DNA from: Candidatus Buchananbacteria bacterium | GTDB taxonomy: Bacteria > Patescibacteriota > Patescibacteriia > 2-01-FULL-39-33 > JBAYJR01 | Assembly (NCBI GenBank): GCA_041665005.1 | Contig: JBAYJR010000006.1 | Location: forward strand, 13,309 to 77,308 | Reading direction: 5' to 3' | DNA length: 64,000 nucleotides | In this document: positions 47,587 through 56,961 of the stretch, one piece after another | Layout of the letters: each line of letters begins with the position of its first letter | How positions within the stretch are numbered: position 1 is the first letter of the stretch | Notes under the pieces: generated by a model | Seen by the model: the letters and a program-made list of their open reading frames with translations, nothing else | Database searches by the model: none | What the model was told of the DNA's origin: nothing | Position numbers and translations under genes: made by a program

Positions 47587-49038
47587 TTATAATTTGTCCA
47601 ATTCTAAGTATTCGGTAATTTTTATTTTTTTTACAAAATCTGGCATATGGCTAATCATAATCATGGCGCCCTGATATTCATTTAAAGCCGCGGCGATAAC
47701 TGGCAGGTGACGAAAATTAATATGGTTGGTGGGTTCATCTAAAATTAACAAGCCGGGCTTCATTAGAACTAGGCGAGCAAAAGCGAGTAGGCCTTTTTGT
47801 CCTTCGGATAAGTCGCCCACTTTATGATCCATTAGCTCGCCGGTGAGTAAAAAGCCGGCCGCTACGGCCCGCATTTCTTGTAGACTATAATTTTCTGATC
47901 GAGCACTATTTAAGGAATCAAAAACGGTTTGGGAAAAATCCAGGCTAGAAAAATCTTGGCTATAATAACCAACTACTACTTCGGGTAAAATTATCGCGCC
48001 TTCATTCTTTCCCGCCACCAGGGAACGCAAAAAAGTGCTTTTACCAATACCGTTGGGGCCAGAGATTAAAAGTTTTTGTCTTTTTCGCAAAATTAATTCT
48101 TTGGGTTTTAAAACTGGTTCATGGTTAACAATTATTTTTATAGAATTTATGGTGACGATAGCACCATTAATTTCTTGCATAGGAATATTAAAATCACGGA
48201 TAGTTTTGTCTTCCCGGCGAACTTCCACCATATTTTCTTCTGATTCTTCAATTTCTTCACGTAATTTTTTGGCCAATTTTCGCATCTTGCCGCCCTTGTT
48301 GGCAAAAAAGTTTACTTTTTCTTTACGATCTTGAATATTTTTTTGTAATTGAGCATTTTTCATTTGTTCACGTTCTACTCGCTTGGTAATTTCTTCCGTG
48401 ACACTATAATAATCGCCGACATAAATTTCGGTTTGCTTAGTAAAACTATCCAAATAAATAACGCCCTCGGTAAAACAATTTAAAAAATCCGCATCATGAG
48501 AAATAACAATAACGGTTTTGTTGTACATTACTAAAAATTCAATTAAATGGTCAATGCCGGCTTGATCCAGGTTGTTGGTTGGTTCGTCAAGTAATAAAAC
48601 GTCTGGGTCTTCAATTAAAGCAAAGGCCAGTAATAAACGGGCTTGCTGACCGCCAGATAATTCACCAACTTTGCGGTCTAAAGGAATTGATAAATTTATC
48701 GCTTCTAATACCTTACCAATTCTGCCAGGTAAATTATGAGGCACCGGCGAAAAAGCTTTAGCAAAATATTCTTTAACCGTTAAAGTTAAATCAGCGCGGG
48801 CAATCATTTGTCGGGCCGTTCCTACGCTTACTCCCTTATTGACCGAAACTACGCCTTGTTTGGGTTTTAATTCACCTAAAATCAAACCAAAAATTGTGCT
48901 TTTGCCAGCCCCATTTTGTCCCATTAAGGCTACTTTAGCGCCACGACGTAAACTAAAACAAGCACTACTTAAAATAGGCTTTTTTTCTTGATATTCAAAT
49001 TCCACATTATCAAAACGTAAAATTACTTCTTCGGCCAT
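47587..49038 (-). CDS. ABC-F family ATPase (two fused ABC domains, no TM domain)
   Basis: 483 aa. Walker A 'GQNGAGKST' and 'GPNGIGKST', signatures 'LSGGQQARL' and 'LSEGQKGLL', Walker B 'LLLDEPTNNLD' and 'LILDEPTNHIN'. Confidence 0.85.
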   Translation of the reverse strand: MAEEVILRFDNVEFEYQEKKPILSSACFSLRRGAKVALMGQNGAGKSTIFGLILGELKPKQGVVSVNKGVSVGTARQMIARADLTLTVKEYFAKAFSPVPHNLPGRIGKVLEAINLSIPLDRKVGELSGGQQARLLLAFALIEDPDVLLLDEPTNNLDQAGIDHLIEFLVMYNKTVIVISHDADFLNCFTEGVIYLDSFTKQTEIYVGDYYSVTEEITKRVEREQMKNAQLQKNIQDRKEKVNFFANKGGKMRKLAKKLREEIEESEENMVEVRREDKTIRDFNIPMQEINGAIVTINSIKIIVNHEPVLKPKELILRKRQKLLISGPNGIGKSTFLRSLVAGKNEGAIILPEVVVGYYSQDFSSLDFSQTVFDSLNSARSENYSLQEMRAVAAGFLLTGELMDHKVGDLSEGQKGLLAFARLVLMKPGLLILDEPTNHINFRHLPVIAAALNEYQGAMIMISHMPDFVKKIKITEYLELDKL

Positions 49039-49112
49039 AGATTTAAGGTAGTAAAATAGTAGTTAAACAGCTAACAGAGTTTAACAGATTATTGAGGAAA
49101 TGTCCAGCCGGA

Positions 49113-50357
49113 TTAATTTTGGTTGGTTATGGTTAAAGCGTTTTCACCGGCCAAGTGGCCAGTACTCCAGCAAGCTTGTAGATTGAAGCCACCAGTTGGT
49201 CCGGCCAAATCTAAGATTTCTCCGGCGAGTAGTAAATTGGGAATAATTTTTGAGCGCAGGGTTTTGGGGTCCACTTCGTTAAGAGCCACGCCGCCAGTGG
49301 TTAACATCGCCTTAGTATAATCTTCAACCTTGGTAACTTCCAGGCTAAAATTTTTAATTAAGTGGCTCAAGGTTTGGCGATTGGTTTTAGTAATTTGGTT
49401 AACTTCGGTTTCTGGTTTTATTTGGGCTTTAGTTAACAGGGTCAGCACTAATTTTGGGGTTAAAAGATTAGCTAAGACGTTTTTAATTTGTTTATTTTTA
49501 TTTTCCGAAAAAATAGTCCGTAAACGTAAATCTAGGCTGGCACTGGTTTCTTGAGGTAAAAAATCAAGATTTAAAGCAACGTGGGGCAAGGCGCGAGCGA
49601 CTTCACCGCTAGCATCAAAAATTGCCGGGCCACTAAGACCTTGGGCGGTAAAAATAGCTTCCCCGTGCTGACTGGCAATAACTTTATTATTTTTTAGCCA
49701 AGTAAAATTGACCTCGGTTAAACTCGTACCTTCTAATTGTTTGACAATTTTATCTTTAACGATAATTGGGGTTAGAGCGGGATAAGTTTTAGTAATGGTA
49801 TGACCCAGCTTAGCCAACCAAGTGTAGCCATCACCAGTAGAACCGGTTATCGGATAGGCTAAACCTCCGGTAGCAATTAAATAGTTATTAGCCGAAAATT
49901 CTTGGCCATCAGTTAAGACAATCTTGGTAATTAAATTTTTTTGTTTAATAATTTTTTTTACAGTTGCTCGAGTTATAACTTTTACCGAAGACTTCCGCAA
50001 ATAATCAAGCATAACCCTGAGAACATCGTTAGCTTTATTACTAACGGGAAAAACGCGGTTGGCTGTTTCTGTTTTTAGGGGCACGCCCCGGCTAGTAAAA
50101 AATTTAATAGTGTCAGAGGAATCAAATTTGGTTAAAGCCGAAAAAAGAAATTTACCGTTATTGCCAAAGGCTTTAACCAATGCTCGGACGTTGACGGCAT
50201 TAGTTAAATTGCAACGTTGGTTGCCAGTCAGTAGGAGTTTTAGGCCAGGTTGGTTGTTTTTTTCCAATAATAAAACTCGTGCGCCTAGTTCGCCGGCTCG
50301 GCCCGCCGCCATTAGGCCGGCTGGTCCGCCACCAATAACAATTAAATCGTAGTTCAT
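49113..50357 (-). CDS. HI0933-like (BaiN/aminoacetone-oxidase family) NAD(P)/FAD-dependent oxidoreductase
   Basis: 414 aa. 'YDLIVIGGGPAGLMAAGRA...GARVLLLEK' dinucleotide-binding motif, C-terminal 'GGFNLQ'. Confidence 0.75.
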   Translation of the reverse strand: MNYDLIVIGGGPAGLMAAGRAGELGARVLLLEKNNQPGLKLLLTGNQRCNLTNAVNVRALVKAFGNNGKFLFSALTKFDSSDTIKFFTSRGVPLKTETANRVFPVSNKANDVLRVMLDYLRKSSVKVITRATVKKIIKQKNLITKIVLTDGQEFSANNYLIATGGLAYPITGSTGDGYTWLAKLGHTITKTYPALTPIIVKDKIVKQLEGTSLTEVNFTWLKNNKVIASQHGEAIFTAQGLSGPAIFDASGEVARALPHVALNLDFLPQETSASLDLRLRTIFSENKNKQIKNVLANLLTPKLVLTLLTKAQIKPETEVNQITKTNRQTLSHLIKNFSLEVTKVEDYTKAMLTTGGVALNEVDPKTLRSKIIPNLLLAGEILDLAGPTGGFNLQACWSTGHLAGENALTITNQN

Positions 50358-50416
50358 GGTAATTATTTACCGTTTAAGTATAACAGCCATTTATAAAAAA
50401 TAAAAATATACACTTT

Positions 50417-50555
50417 TTGTCATTCCGGCCTACGAAAACCGCCTGCCTACCGGTAGGCAGGGAATCCAGATTAATTAAGGTTGTCACTATTACTCTCGAA
50501 GTGATTAAATCTCAGTAGAATGCCCTCCTTAATATCCTTGTCCTTTTGTAACCAA
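50417..50555 (+). repeat. About 115-nt repeat copy 2 (with an expanded first hairpin)
   Basis: 'ttgtcattcc-ggcctacgaaaaccgcctgcctaccggtaggcag-ggaatccagattaattaaggttgtcactattactctcgaagtgattaaatctcagtagaatgccctccttaatatccttgtccttttgtaaccaa'. Opposite orientation to the adjacent gene, unlike copy 1. Confidence 0.7.
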
Positions 50556-50701
50556 AAGGACCCACCGCCATGCGGGGCAGGCAAAAGTTTTGGGGGCCCA
50601 AATTTCCGCCCAAGGCGGACCAGCCTAGGGCTGGCGCTCTGCTATCTTATAAATTACTTGTTTTTATTTTTTAATCCTTGACGCTCAATTGTCACTTAGC
50701 T

Positions 50702-50748
50702 TGCCCCGCGTAGCGGGGACCCGGGGTGGTTCTGCCAGGATTTTTAAT
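50702..50748 (+). repeat. GC-rich hairpin repeat, copy 2
   Basis: 'tgtcacttagcttgccccgcgtagcggggacccggggtggttctgcc' matches 20669-20722. Confidence 0.65.
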
Positions 50749-50767
50749 AAATGTTTTTAAACAAAAA

Positions 50768-50806
50768 AATTAGGCGAGAATCACTTGGTGTGACTCTCGC
50801 CTAAAA
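50768..50806 (-). terminator. Intrinsic terminator of the 291-aa gene (minus strand)
   Basis: 'aggcgagaatcac-ttggtgt-gactctcgcct', followed on the minus strand by ttttttt. Confidence 0.55.
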
Positions 50807-50812
50807 GTTGGG

Positions 50813-51688
50813 TTAGCGAGTTAGTTGTGCTAACTCCTGTTTGGTGTGTTTCCGGCTTGTTCTGGCCGGAATTTTTACACCACGCCCTTTAGCGTTGGTG
50901 AGGGGGATTTTTTTCCCTTTTGCTTTCGCTTTGGGAGTGGCGACAATAATTTCTTCCGGATCAGGTTCGTCGGTCGTTACCATGGCAACTTCGTCAGTTG
51001 CCAAAGTGGTGACCGTAATCATCGGTTCCGGTGCCGGTTTTTCGATTGGGGCCGGGGCATTGTACCCCGGGATTTCGATATGGAAAGTCTCGTGACCTTC
51101 CAACTCTTTTTGCCAGTTTGCTTTGGAAAGCATTTCCTGGACTTTGGCGACGGCTTTTTTTGCCGCGACCTTGGTTGCCGGATCGGGGATCCGGTCAATT
51201 TCGTTCCAGTTTCCAACCAACACTTCGCCGGATTGTTGGTGGAGATACATTGGCTTTATTTCAACCATTTTTTCGCCGGTGCTGCGAACAGCACTGGCGG
51301 TTACCAGAGAGTAATCTCTGGCAAACGGTGTCGCCGATGCGACGGTGAATTGGAGGACACCGTGTTCAAAACGTCCTTCCGGTTGAGTTTTGATGCAGTA
51401 ATGATACTGCACCCTGTCCACTTGATTTTTAATATTTTTTATTTCTGTGATGACCCAGGAAAGGTCATCGGGGTTGTCACCTTTGACGGTGACAAATAAG
51501 TTTCCGCTGGCTTTGTCAAGCCAGGAGAACATTTGCGGAAGTCGGCGGTTTGCCTCTAACTGAAAAAAGTTTTCCAGATTTCCCTCTGGTTTGAGGGAAA
51601 TCGCCACTGCCGCATGGCAGTGGATAAAAGTCATCCAGGCTTCATAGCCTGGTTGACCTTTCTTTTTGGGATATACACGGGTAAACAT
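50813..51688 (-). CDS. Hypothetical 291-aa protein encoded in a GC-rich (about 50%) island, with a basic Lys/Arg-rich C-terminus
   Basis: Shine-Dalgarno 'aaggagggtaaact' before ATG 51688. No recognisable catalytic motif. Tail 'KAKAKGKKIPLTNAKGRGVKIPARTSRK'. Several overlapping spurious ORFs in other frames reflect the high GC. Confidence 0.6.
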   Translation of the reverse strand: MFTRVYPKKKGQPGYEAWMTFIHCHAAVAISLKPEGNLENFFQLEANRRLPQMFSWLDKASGNLFVTVKGDNPDDLSWVITEIKNIKNQVDRVQYHYCIKTQPEGRFEHGVLQFTVASATPFARDYSLVTASAVRSTGEKMVEIKPMYLHQQSGEVLVGNWNEIDRIPDPATKVAAKKAVAKVQEMLSKANWQKELEGHETFHIEIPGYNAPAPIEKPAPEPMITVTTLATDEVAMVTTDEPDPEEIIVATPKAKAKGKKIPLTNAKGRGVKIPARTSRKHTKQELAQLTR

Positions 51689-51844
51689 AGTTTACCCTCC
51701 TTTAAAAAAATTCTTGACCTCGTTAAACTAATTGTTTATTGAGGTGATCTACCAAGCGGTAGACTCTTGTTGTAAGGAACTATACATAATAGCATATTAA
51801 TAATATTTTGTCAAGGCATTTTGGGTTATTTTTGTTTAAATAAT

Positions 51845-51868
51845 TAAAAAAGTGGCTATAATTAGCCA
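51845..51868. terminator. Hairpin 'aagtggctataattagccactt', a probable terminator downstream of paralog C
   Basis: 10-bp stem flanked by A/T runs. Confidence 0.45.
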
Positions 51869-51884
51869 CTTTTGTTGTTTAACT

Positions 51885-51957
51885 TTGTTATTCCGTACTT
51901 GTTTGACCCATCATCGGCGGTGAATGCGCCTGCCTGCTGTTAGGCAAGTGCGGAATG
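51885..51957 (+). repeat. Divergent copy of the 'ttgt(c/t)attcc...ggaat' hairpin element with a long loop containing cgcctgcct...aggcaag
   Basis: 'ttgttattccgtacttg...gcgcctgcctgctgttaggcaagtgcggaatg'. Resembles the expanded hairpin at 50417-50465. Confidence 0.4.
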
Positions 51958-51968
51958 ATAAAGAAAAT

Positions 51969-53018
51969 TTAAAGAATACTCACCGCAAAACGAACAGAAT
52001 CATCAGAGCTGGGATCGCCCGGAGTGCTCTGATACAAATCAACCGTCTCACTGTCACGGCTGAAATCGGCGTCTGGCACACTGCTAGATTTAAAATAGCT
52101 ATTAAGTAAACAACAAGCCTTACCCGAGCCTTGCCAGTCATCAATCACTTGATCGGTTTGGGTTAGATGAGTTAGGGCATAAACTAGCCAGGATTCTAGG
52201 GTTAAACCTTGCTCACCTTTATATTGAGGGTCAGTTTGGAGTTGTTTAAGATAGTCATTGGGTGATTTATTAGCTTCTGGTTGTTTACGACCAGCTAAAA
52301 CTTTGCCCTTTCCTTCACCTGGAAGATCAGGCAAGTCTTCAAGTAACAGGACTTGCCAGGCTTGGGTGGCTAGGAGTTGTTTTTTAGTTTTACCTTGATG
52401 AGTAGTTTTAGAGTATTCTTGAGGGAAATATACTAAATATCCTTTAGCTTCAGCCTTGGCGCATCCAAACCAATCATTGATAGGTTCTTCCCTAAGTCTT
52501 AAAGGTTTATCTTGAGTGTCCAAGAGTTTACCTTGTTGATGGTGTTTGGTTAAGGAGTTGCCATAGGCCTTAATTAGAGAATCTAGAGGCAAGCCAAAGG
52601 GGACAATGATTAGTTTAACAAAGCCTTGATTAATTTTGGTTTTCAAGAACTCTTTGTTTTTTAACATTTTATTCTCAATCTGTTCTAGGGTGGGTATCGG
52701 GTATTCTTGGTGGTTAATTGCCTCAATACCCAATTCGCCAGTGGCGAGGGTTTTAAGGAGGTTGGTTTTACGGAGGAGGTCTACTTGGGCTTCATATTGG
52801 GCTTTAAGATTTTCTTTAGTTAGTTCGGGGGTTTCTAGCCAGAGTTCGTTTTGGAGTTCTTGGAGAGTTCGTTCTAATCTAAATTTAACAACCCTAATAA
52901 ACATCAGATCGTCTGACTTACCTGTTTGAGGCAAACTGGCTAATTCTTGATTGAACGTTTGTTTCAGTTGTTTGAGGGACTCTAATTCACTGGTGAGTCT
53001 TTGGCAGGATTGGGACAT
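51969..53018 (-). CDS. Paralog family member C (inverted, about 27 kb from A/B)
   Basis: 349 aa. About 70-75% aa identity to A/B through the body ('LWLETPELT.ENLKAQYEAQVDLLRK.NLLKTLATGELGIEAI', 'KTKINQGFVKLI.VPFG', 'HQGKTK', 'TQAWQVLLLEDLPDL', 'ESWLVY'). Divergent tail ending ...VRFAVSIL. Confidence 0.75.
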   Translation of the reverse strand: MSQSCQRLTSELESLKQLKQTFNQELASLPQTGKSDDLMFIRVVKFRLERTLQELQNELWLETPELTKENLKAQYEAQVDLLRKTNLLKTLATGELGIEAINHQEYPIPTLEQIENKMLKNKEFLKTKINQGFVKLIIVPFGLPLDSLIKAYGNSLTKHHQQGKLLDTQDKPLRLREEPINDWFGCAKAEAKGYLVYFPQEYSKTTHQGKTKKQLLATQAWQVLLLEDLPDLPGEGKGKVLAGRKQPEANKSPNDYLKQLQTDPQYKGEQGLTLESWLVYALTHLTQTDQVIDDWQGSGKACCLLNSYFKSSSVPDADFSRDSETVDLYQSTPGDPSSDDSVRFAVSIL

Positions 53019-53296
53019 AAAAATAATTTAAAGTTTGACTGATTTTTGACAGCTAAACTTGTGTCTATCTTAACAAAAACCCTTACTTTTTACAAATAAG
53101 TTAGACCAGAATAAGCCGGTAAGCAAGTCAGCATATCAGCAAGTCAGAAAACTTGGGGTTACAAGTGGGCCAGATTCTGAATTCACCACCAATGGCGTGA
53201 CCGGCAAACTTAGGATGGCGGGGATCCCTAAGTGCTTCTGTTAGAGTTTTGTTAAGTAACTTAAAATAAGTAAAAATTATTTTTTAGAAAACAAAA

Positions 53297-53330
53297 AAGC
53301 CGATTGTGGTATTACGCTTTCGGCTTGTTT
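53297..53330 (-). terminator. Intrinsic terminator (minus strand)
   Basis: 'aagccg-attgtggtattacgcttt-cggctt' preceded by aaaaaa (T-run on the minus strand). Confidence 0.45.
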
Positions 53331-53621
53331 TGGTTTGAGTTTCTTGTTGGTCAAAATAATGGCAGAATAATAGAAATCCTTTTTATAAATATCAGCACGG
53401 CAATAACATCAAGGGTCAGGCTAATAAAAATAACAATACACCAAAATAATTTCCAAACAGCTTTAGTTGCAAAGGTTAGCGCTATTAGACTAATTACCAG
53501 TAAAATAAAACTACCCACGAGGTACGCTATTATAATCAGATACCCTCCAGTACGTGTTTATGTTGATAATATAATCTTTTTTTAATTTTGTCAATAACTA
53601 CTTTTTTGTATTTTATGTTAT

Positions 53622-54905
53622 TTATTTTTCTATAATTTTTTCAATATTATAAGCACCTAATTTGTTGCCGTCGATAAAACCTTGCATGGCCGCTTCGGCT
53701 AAAAAGCCGTTTTGGTGCCAATCTAACAGCCATTCATTGGTATAGCGCGGATCTTCTTGTTCTAAACCCGCCCCCATTTTGCGAATATATTGGCGGTTGA
53801 ATTTTTCTTGCGAGCCAATTGGCGGGGCAATAATAATTGGTAGGCCTAAGGCGGAATAAAAACTTAATTCACTCGGTTTGGTCCATAAAACATCAGTTTG
53901 ATGCAGTAGACGATTAAATTCCGCCAAATATTTTAATTTATTATGGTTATAAATTATTTTGACATAGCGGCTAAGTTTGAGTTTAGAAAGTTCTTGTTTA
54001 AAATATAAATAAATTTCTTCACGTGAGCCGGCAATCAAAATAAAATAAACTTTTTTTTGTAAAATTTCTTGGCGCAAACTTTTGACAATAGTAATACCTA
54101 ATTCCTGTTGCGCTCCGGCCCCACCGACGGCAAAAGCAATTGTTAGGGGATGATGATCGGTGTCGGGCAGCCGGGAAATACCCAGCCAAGTGGCGATATT
54201 TTTTTTGTATTCATTAAAATAAATACGGTTAGGGTCTAGATGGGCCAGTCTTTCTTTGAGGTCACGTTTAAGTCGGGGTAAAGTTGGTCCACCCAAATTT
54301 TCTTTAGGCAAAGGAAAGCCGGTTAAAAAAATATTTTCTGCTTTAACCGCATAAAGTTTAAGTCGTTCCACTACTCGAGTGGTTGGCGCAAAATATTTTA
54401 TCTTGCTAGAGCGACTGTCCAGGGGAGCCCAGGCGCGGGAGATGTCTGCGTCACAAACAATTAAGTAAATTTCCCCGGGGTAACCAAAAATTTCAGCCAT
54501 GTAGGCAGTAGTAAAAAAGGGAGTAATTAAAGGCAGGGGATTTTGGGCTAATTTGTTGATTAAATGTTTACCCCAGCTTTTTTGCTTGATCATTTTGTAG
54601 GTCATTTTTAATTGCAGGGTGGGTTTGGATAAATCACGGCGGGGGTAAAAATTTTCAATACTTTGAAAATAGTCAAACAAGTCAAAACTAAGCTCGCCAA
54701 CCAAGGGGACTTTTTTAAAACGAGAGATTGCTTCGTAACCCGAAGTACTTTGCTCCCAAATTTTACGGTCAGCGGCGGGCATACCAGGGTAGTTGTTGGC
54801 ATCAATAATTTCGCCGACCGCTAAGTCTTTTAGCGGGTAAGTGGCGCGTTGGTGGCCATAACCCATATCAACTGTCACCACCCAGGCTTTGGGTTTTTTA
54901 TTCAT
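53622..54905 (-). CDS. Putative GT-B glycosyltransferase (MGDG-synthase/UgtP-like)
   Basis: 427 aa. N-terminal 'WVVTVDMGYGHQRATYPL' resembles the 'G-x-GH' start of MGDG synthase-family enzymes. C-terminal 'FAVGGAGAQQ'. Confidence 0.45.
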   Translation of the reverse strand: MNKKPKAWVVTVDMGYGHQRATYPLKDLAVGEIIDANNYPGMPAADRKIWEQSTSGYEAISRFKKVPLVGELSFDLFDYFQSIENFYPRRDLSKPTLQLKMTYKMIKQKSWGKHLINKLAQNPLPLITPFFTTAYMAEIFGYPGEIYLIVCDADISRAWAPLDSRSSKIKYFAPTTRVVERLKLYAVKAENIFLTGFPLPKENLGGPTLPRLKRDLKERLAHLDPNRIYFNEYKKNIATWLGISRLPDTDHHPLTIAFAVGGAGAQQELGITIVKSLRQEILQKKVYFILIAGSREEIYLYFKQELSKLKLSRYVKIIYNHNKLKYLAEFNRLLHQTDVLWTKPSELSFYSALGLPIIIAPPIGSQEKFNRQYIRKMGAGLEQEDPRYTNEWLLDWHQNGFLAEAAMQGFIDGNKLGAYNIEKIIEK

Positions 54906-55028
54906 AAAGATTTTTAGAAATATTCTGTTTTAATTATATACTATTTATTTTTATTAGTCATTGTGGCAGTCATTAAAAAAAAGAAGCCTAGAAGGCCTCT
55001 GATTATTCTGCTAGTAGAAAATAAATGA

Positions 55029-56093
55029 TTAAACGCTAAATCTGAAGTTACAAATATCACCATCTTGAACTACATAATCTTTGCCTTCTAAACGCATCAA
55101 GCCTAACTCCTTAGCCTTCAGCTCACTGCCGGCTTTAATAAAATCAGCATAGGCAATTACCTCGGCGCGGATAAAGCCTCGTTCAAAATCAGTATGAATG
55201 GCGCCGGCCGCTTGAGGCGCTTTACTGCCACGTTTAATGGTCCAAGCCCTGGTTTCGTCAGTGCCAGTAGTTAAAAAAGTGATTAAATCTAGGTTTTGAT
55301 AAGCCACTTTAATAAGTTGGTCTAGGCCGGATTGAGCTAAGCCCAGTTCTTGCAAATAATTTTTGGCTTCGGCCGGTTCAAGCTCTGATAATTCGGCTTC
55401 AATTTTGGCGGAAATGTATAAATCATTGGGTCGGTGAGTGGCGAAATTTTTAATATCTTCTTCAGCAATATTGTAAACGTAAAATTGTGGTTTAAAAGTC
55501 AAAAGTTGTAAATCTTTTAAAGCCAATTTTTCTTCCTCAGTTAAATCTAAGGTTTGCGCCAATAAACCGGCTTCCAGATGTTGTTTTAATTTTTCTAACA
55601 ACTGATAGTAGGCTAACAATTTGGCATCTTTATTAGCTTGAGCGGTTTTTATGCCACCCTCACAACGCTTAGTTACCGTAGCCAGGTCGGCTAAAATTAA
55701 TTCTAGGTTAATAATTTCTTTGTCGGCTTCAGGGTCAACCCGATCCTGGACATGGATAATATTTTTGTCAGAAAAATTACGCAAAACTTGCACAATAGCA
55801 TCAACTTCTCTAATGTGAGATAAAAATTTGTTACCCAAGCCTTCGCCCAAAGAAGCACCCTTAACTAAACCAGCAATATCTACAAATTCAATGGTAGTGT
55901 AAATAGTTTTGGCGGAATTATTTAGTTTAGTTAAAACTTCCAAACGTTCATCAGGCACCGCGACTACCCCCACGTTAGGATCAATGGTGCAAAAAGGGTA
56001 ATTAGCAATATCTACCTGTTTTTTGGTCAGGGCTTTGAATAGAGTAGATTTGCCAACATTGGGTAAACCGACAATTCCTACGGCTAAGCTCAT
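55029..56093 (-). CDS. ychF: Ribosome-binding ATPase YchF
   Basis: 354 aa. G1 'GIVGLPNVGKSTLF', 'DIAGLV', C-terminal TGS domain. Confidence 0.9.
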   Translation of the reverse strand: MSLAVGIVGLPNVGKSTLFKALTKKQVDIANYPFCTIDPNVGVVAVPDERLEVLTKLNNSAKTIYTTIEFVDIAGLVKGASLGEGLGNKFLSHIREVDAIVQVLRNFSDKNIIHVQDRVDPEADKEIINLELILADLATVTKRCEGGIKTAQANKDAKLLAYYQLLEKLKQHLEAGLLAQTLDLTEEEKLALKDLQLLTFKPQFYVYNIAEEDIKNFATHRPNDLYISAKIEAELSELEPAEAKNYLQELGLAQSGLDQLIKVAYQNLDLITFLTTGTDETRAWTIKRGSKAPQAAGAIHTDFERGFIRAEVIAYADFIKAGSELKAKELGLMRLEGKDYVVQDGDICNFRFSV

Positions 56094-56265
56094 AAAGGTA
56101 AAAGGATAAAAAGTTAACTTCAGTTAGAGGTGATTGGTTGCAAAACAACCGTTATCACTATGGTAGCGAATTAGAGTTGCTTTGGCAAGGGGGTAAATGT
56201 TATAATATAAGCAAGTTTTATAAATAAGTTTTGGGCTAAAAACATTTTTTTCACCTTTTTTAACT

Positions 56266-56958
56266 ATGCCAAAAATCAAAGTTATCATTTTAGGTCTTGG
56301 TTGGTTAATTTTAGCCTGGCCGGTTTTGGCGGCGATGGATTCAGCTAATTATACTATTTACGCTGATGTGCTTTCTACTGGGGGCAATTATGGCACTTCA
56401 GACACTAATTATAAATTATGGGATACTTTAGGTGAGGCGATTATTAGCACCGCTTCTAGTACTAGCTATGGGGTTAAGCAGGGTTTTCAGTTGATGAATC
56501 GCGACAATAATGTAATTACCTTGAGTCTTTCGGCGGCTAGTTTAAATTTTGGCACGCTTTCGGCCAGTGAAACTAAAACTGCTAGTCATACTTTAACTGT
56601 TAGTACTAATGCGGCGAATGGCTATACTATTAGTTATGCGGGGTCTACTTTAAGTTTTGATACTTATACAATTAGTCCGATTGGTGCTAGTCCGGTAGTG
56701 CCGGCGACCCCTGGTAGTATCCAACAATTTGGTTTAAATGTAATCAATCCCACTGGTTCGGCGCCAATTGGTAGTACGGTGGCTAATTATGGTGATGCAA
56801 GTAAATACGCTTTTTCTAGCGGTGACGTGGTGGCACAAGCTAATAGTGCGGTTAATCAAACTGTTTATACGGTTGGTTATGTGGCCAATATTCAAGCCGG
56901 CATGCAGGCGGGTACCTACACTACTAATTTGGTATTTACCGCCACGGGAAATTTTTAA
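56266..56958 (+). CDS. Secreted Ser/Thr-rich hypothetical protein
   Basis: Signal peptide 'MPKIKVIILGLGWLILAWPVLAA', low-complexity S/T/N-rich body. Confidence 0.5.
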   Translation: MPKIKVIILGLGWLILAWPVLAAMDSANYTIYADVLSTGGNYGTSDTNYKLWDTLGEAIISTASSTSYGVKQGFQLMNRDNNVITLSLSAASLNFGTLSASETKTASHTLTVSTNAANGYTISYAGSTLSFDTYTISPIGASPVVPATPGSIQQFGLNVINPTGSAPIGSTVANYGDASKYAFSSGDVVAQANSAVNQTVYTVGYVANIQAGMQAGTYTTNLVFTATGNF

Positions 56959-56961
56959 AAT

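Noticed and set aside
50841-51499. Multiple overlapping ORFs (50841-51095, 50846-51499, 51019-51216, 51031-51348, 51123-51314) in the GC-rich island.
   Set aside because: Only the 50813-51688 minus-strand frame spans the region with a Shine-Dalgarno site and a terminator. The others are frame shadows expected in about 50% GC DNA.
53304-53585. 93-aa plus-strand ORF. Also a possible about 55-aa hydrophobic peptide on the minus strand (about 53345-53510) upstream of a minus-strand terminator.
   Set aside because: The plus ORF is low-complexity with no start context. The minus-strand peptide would need a GTG start 24 nt from the only Shine-Dalgarno-like sequence. Too weak to call.
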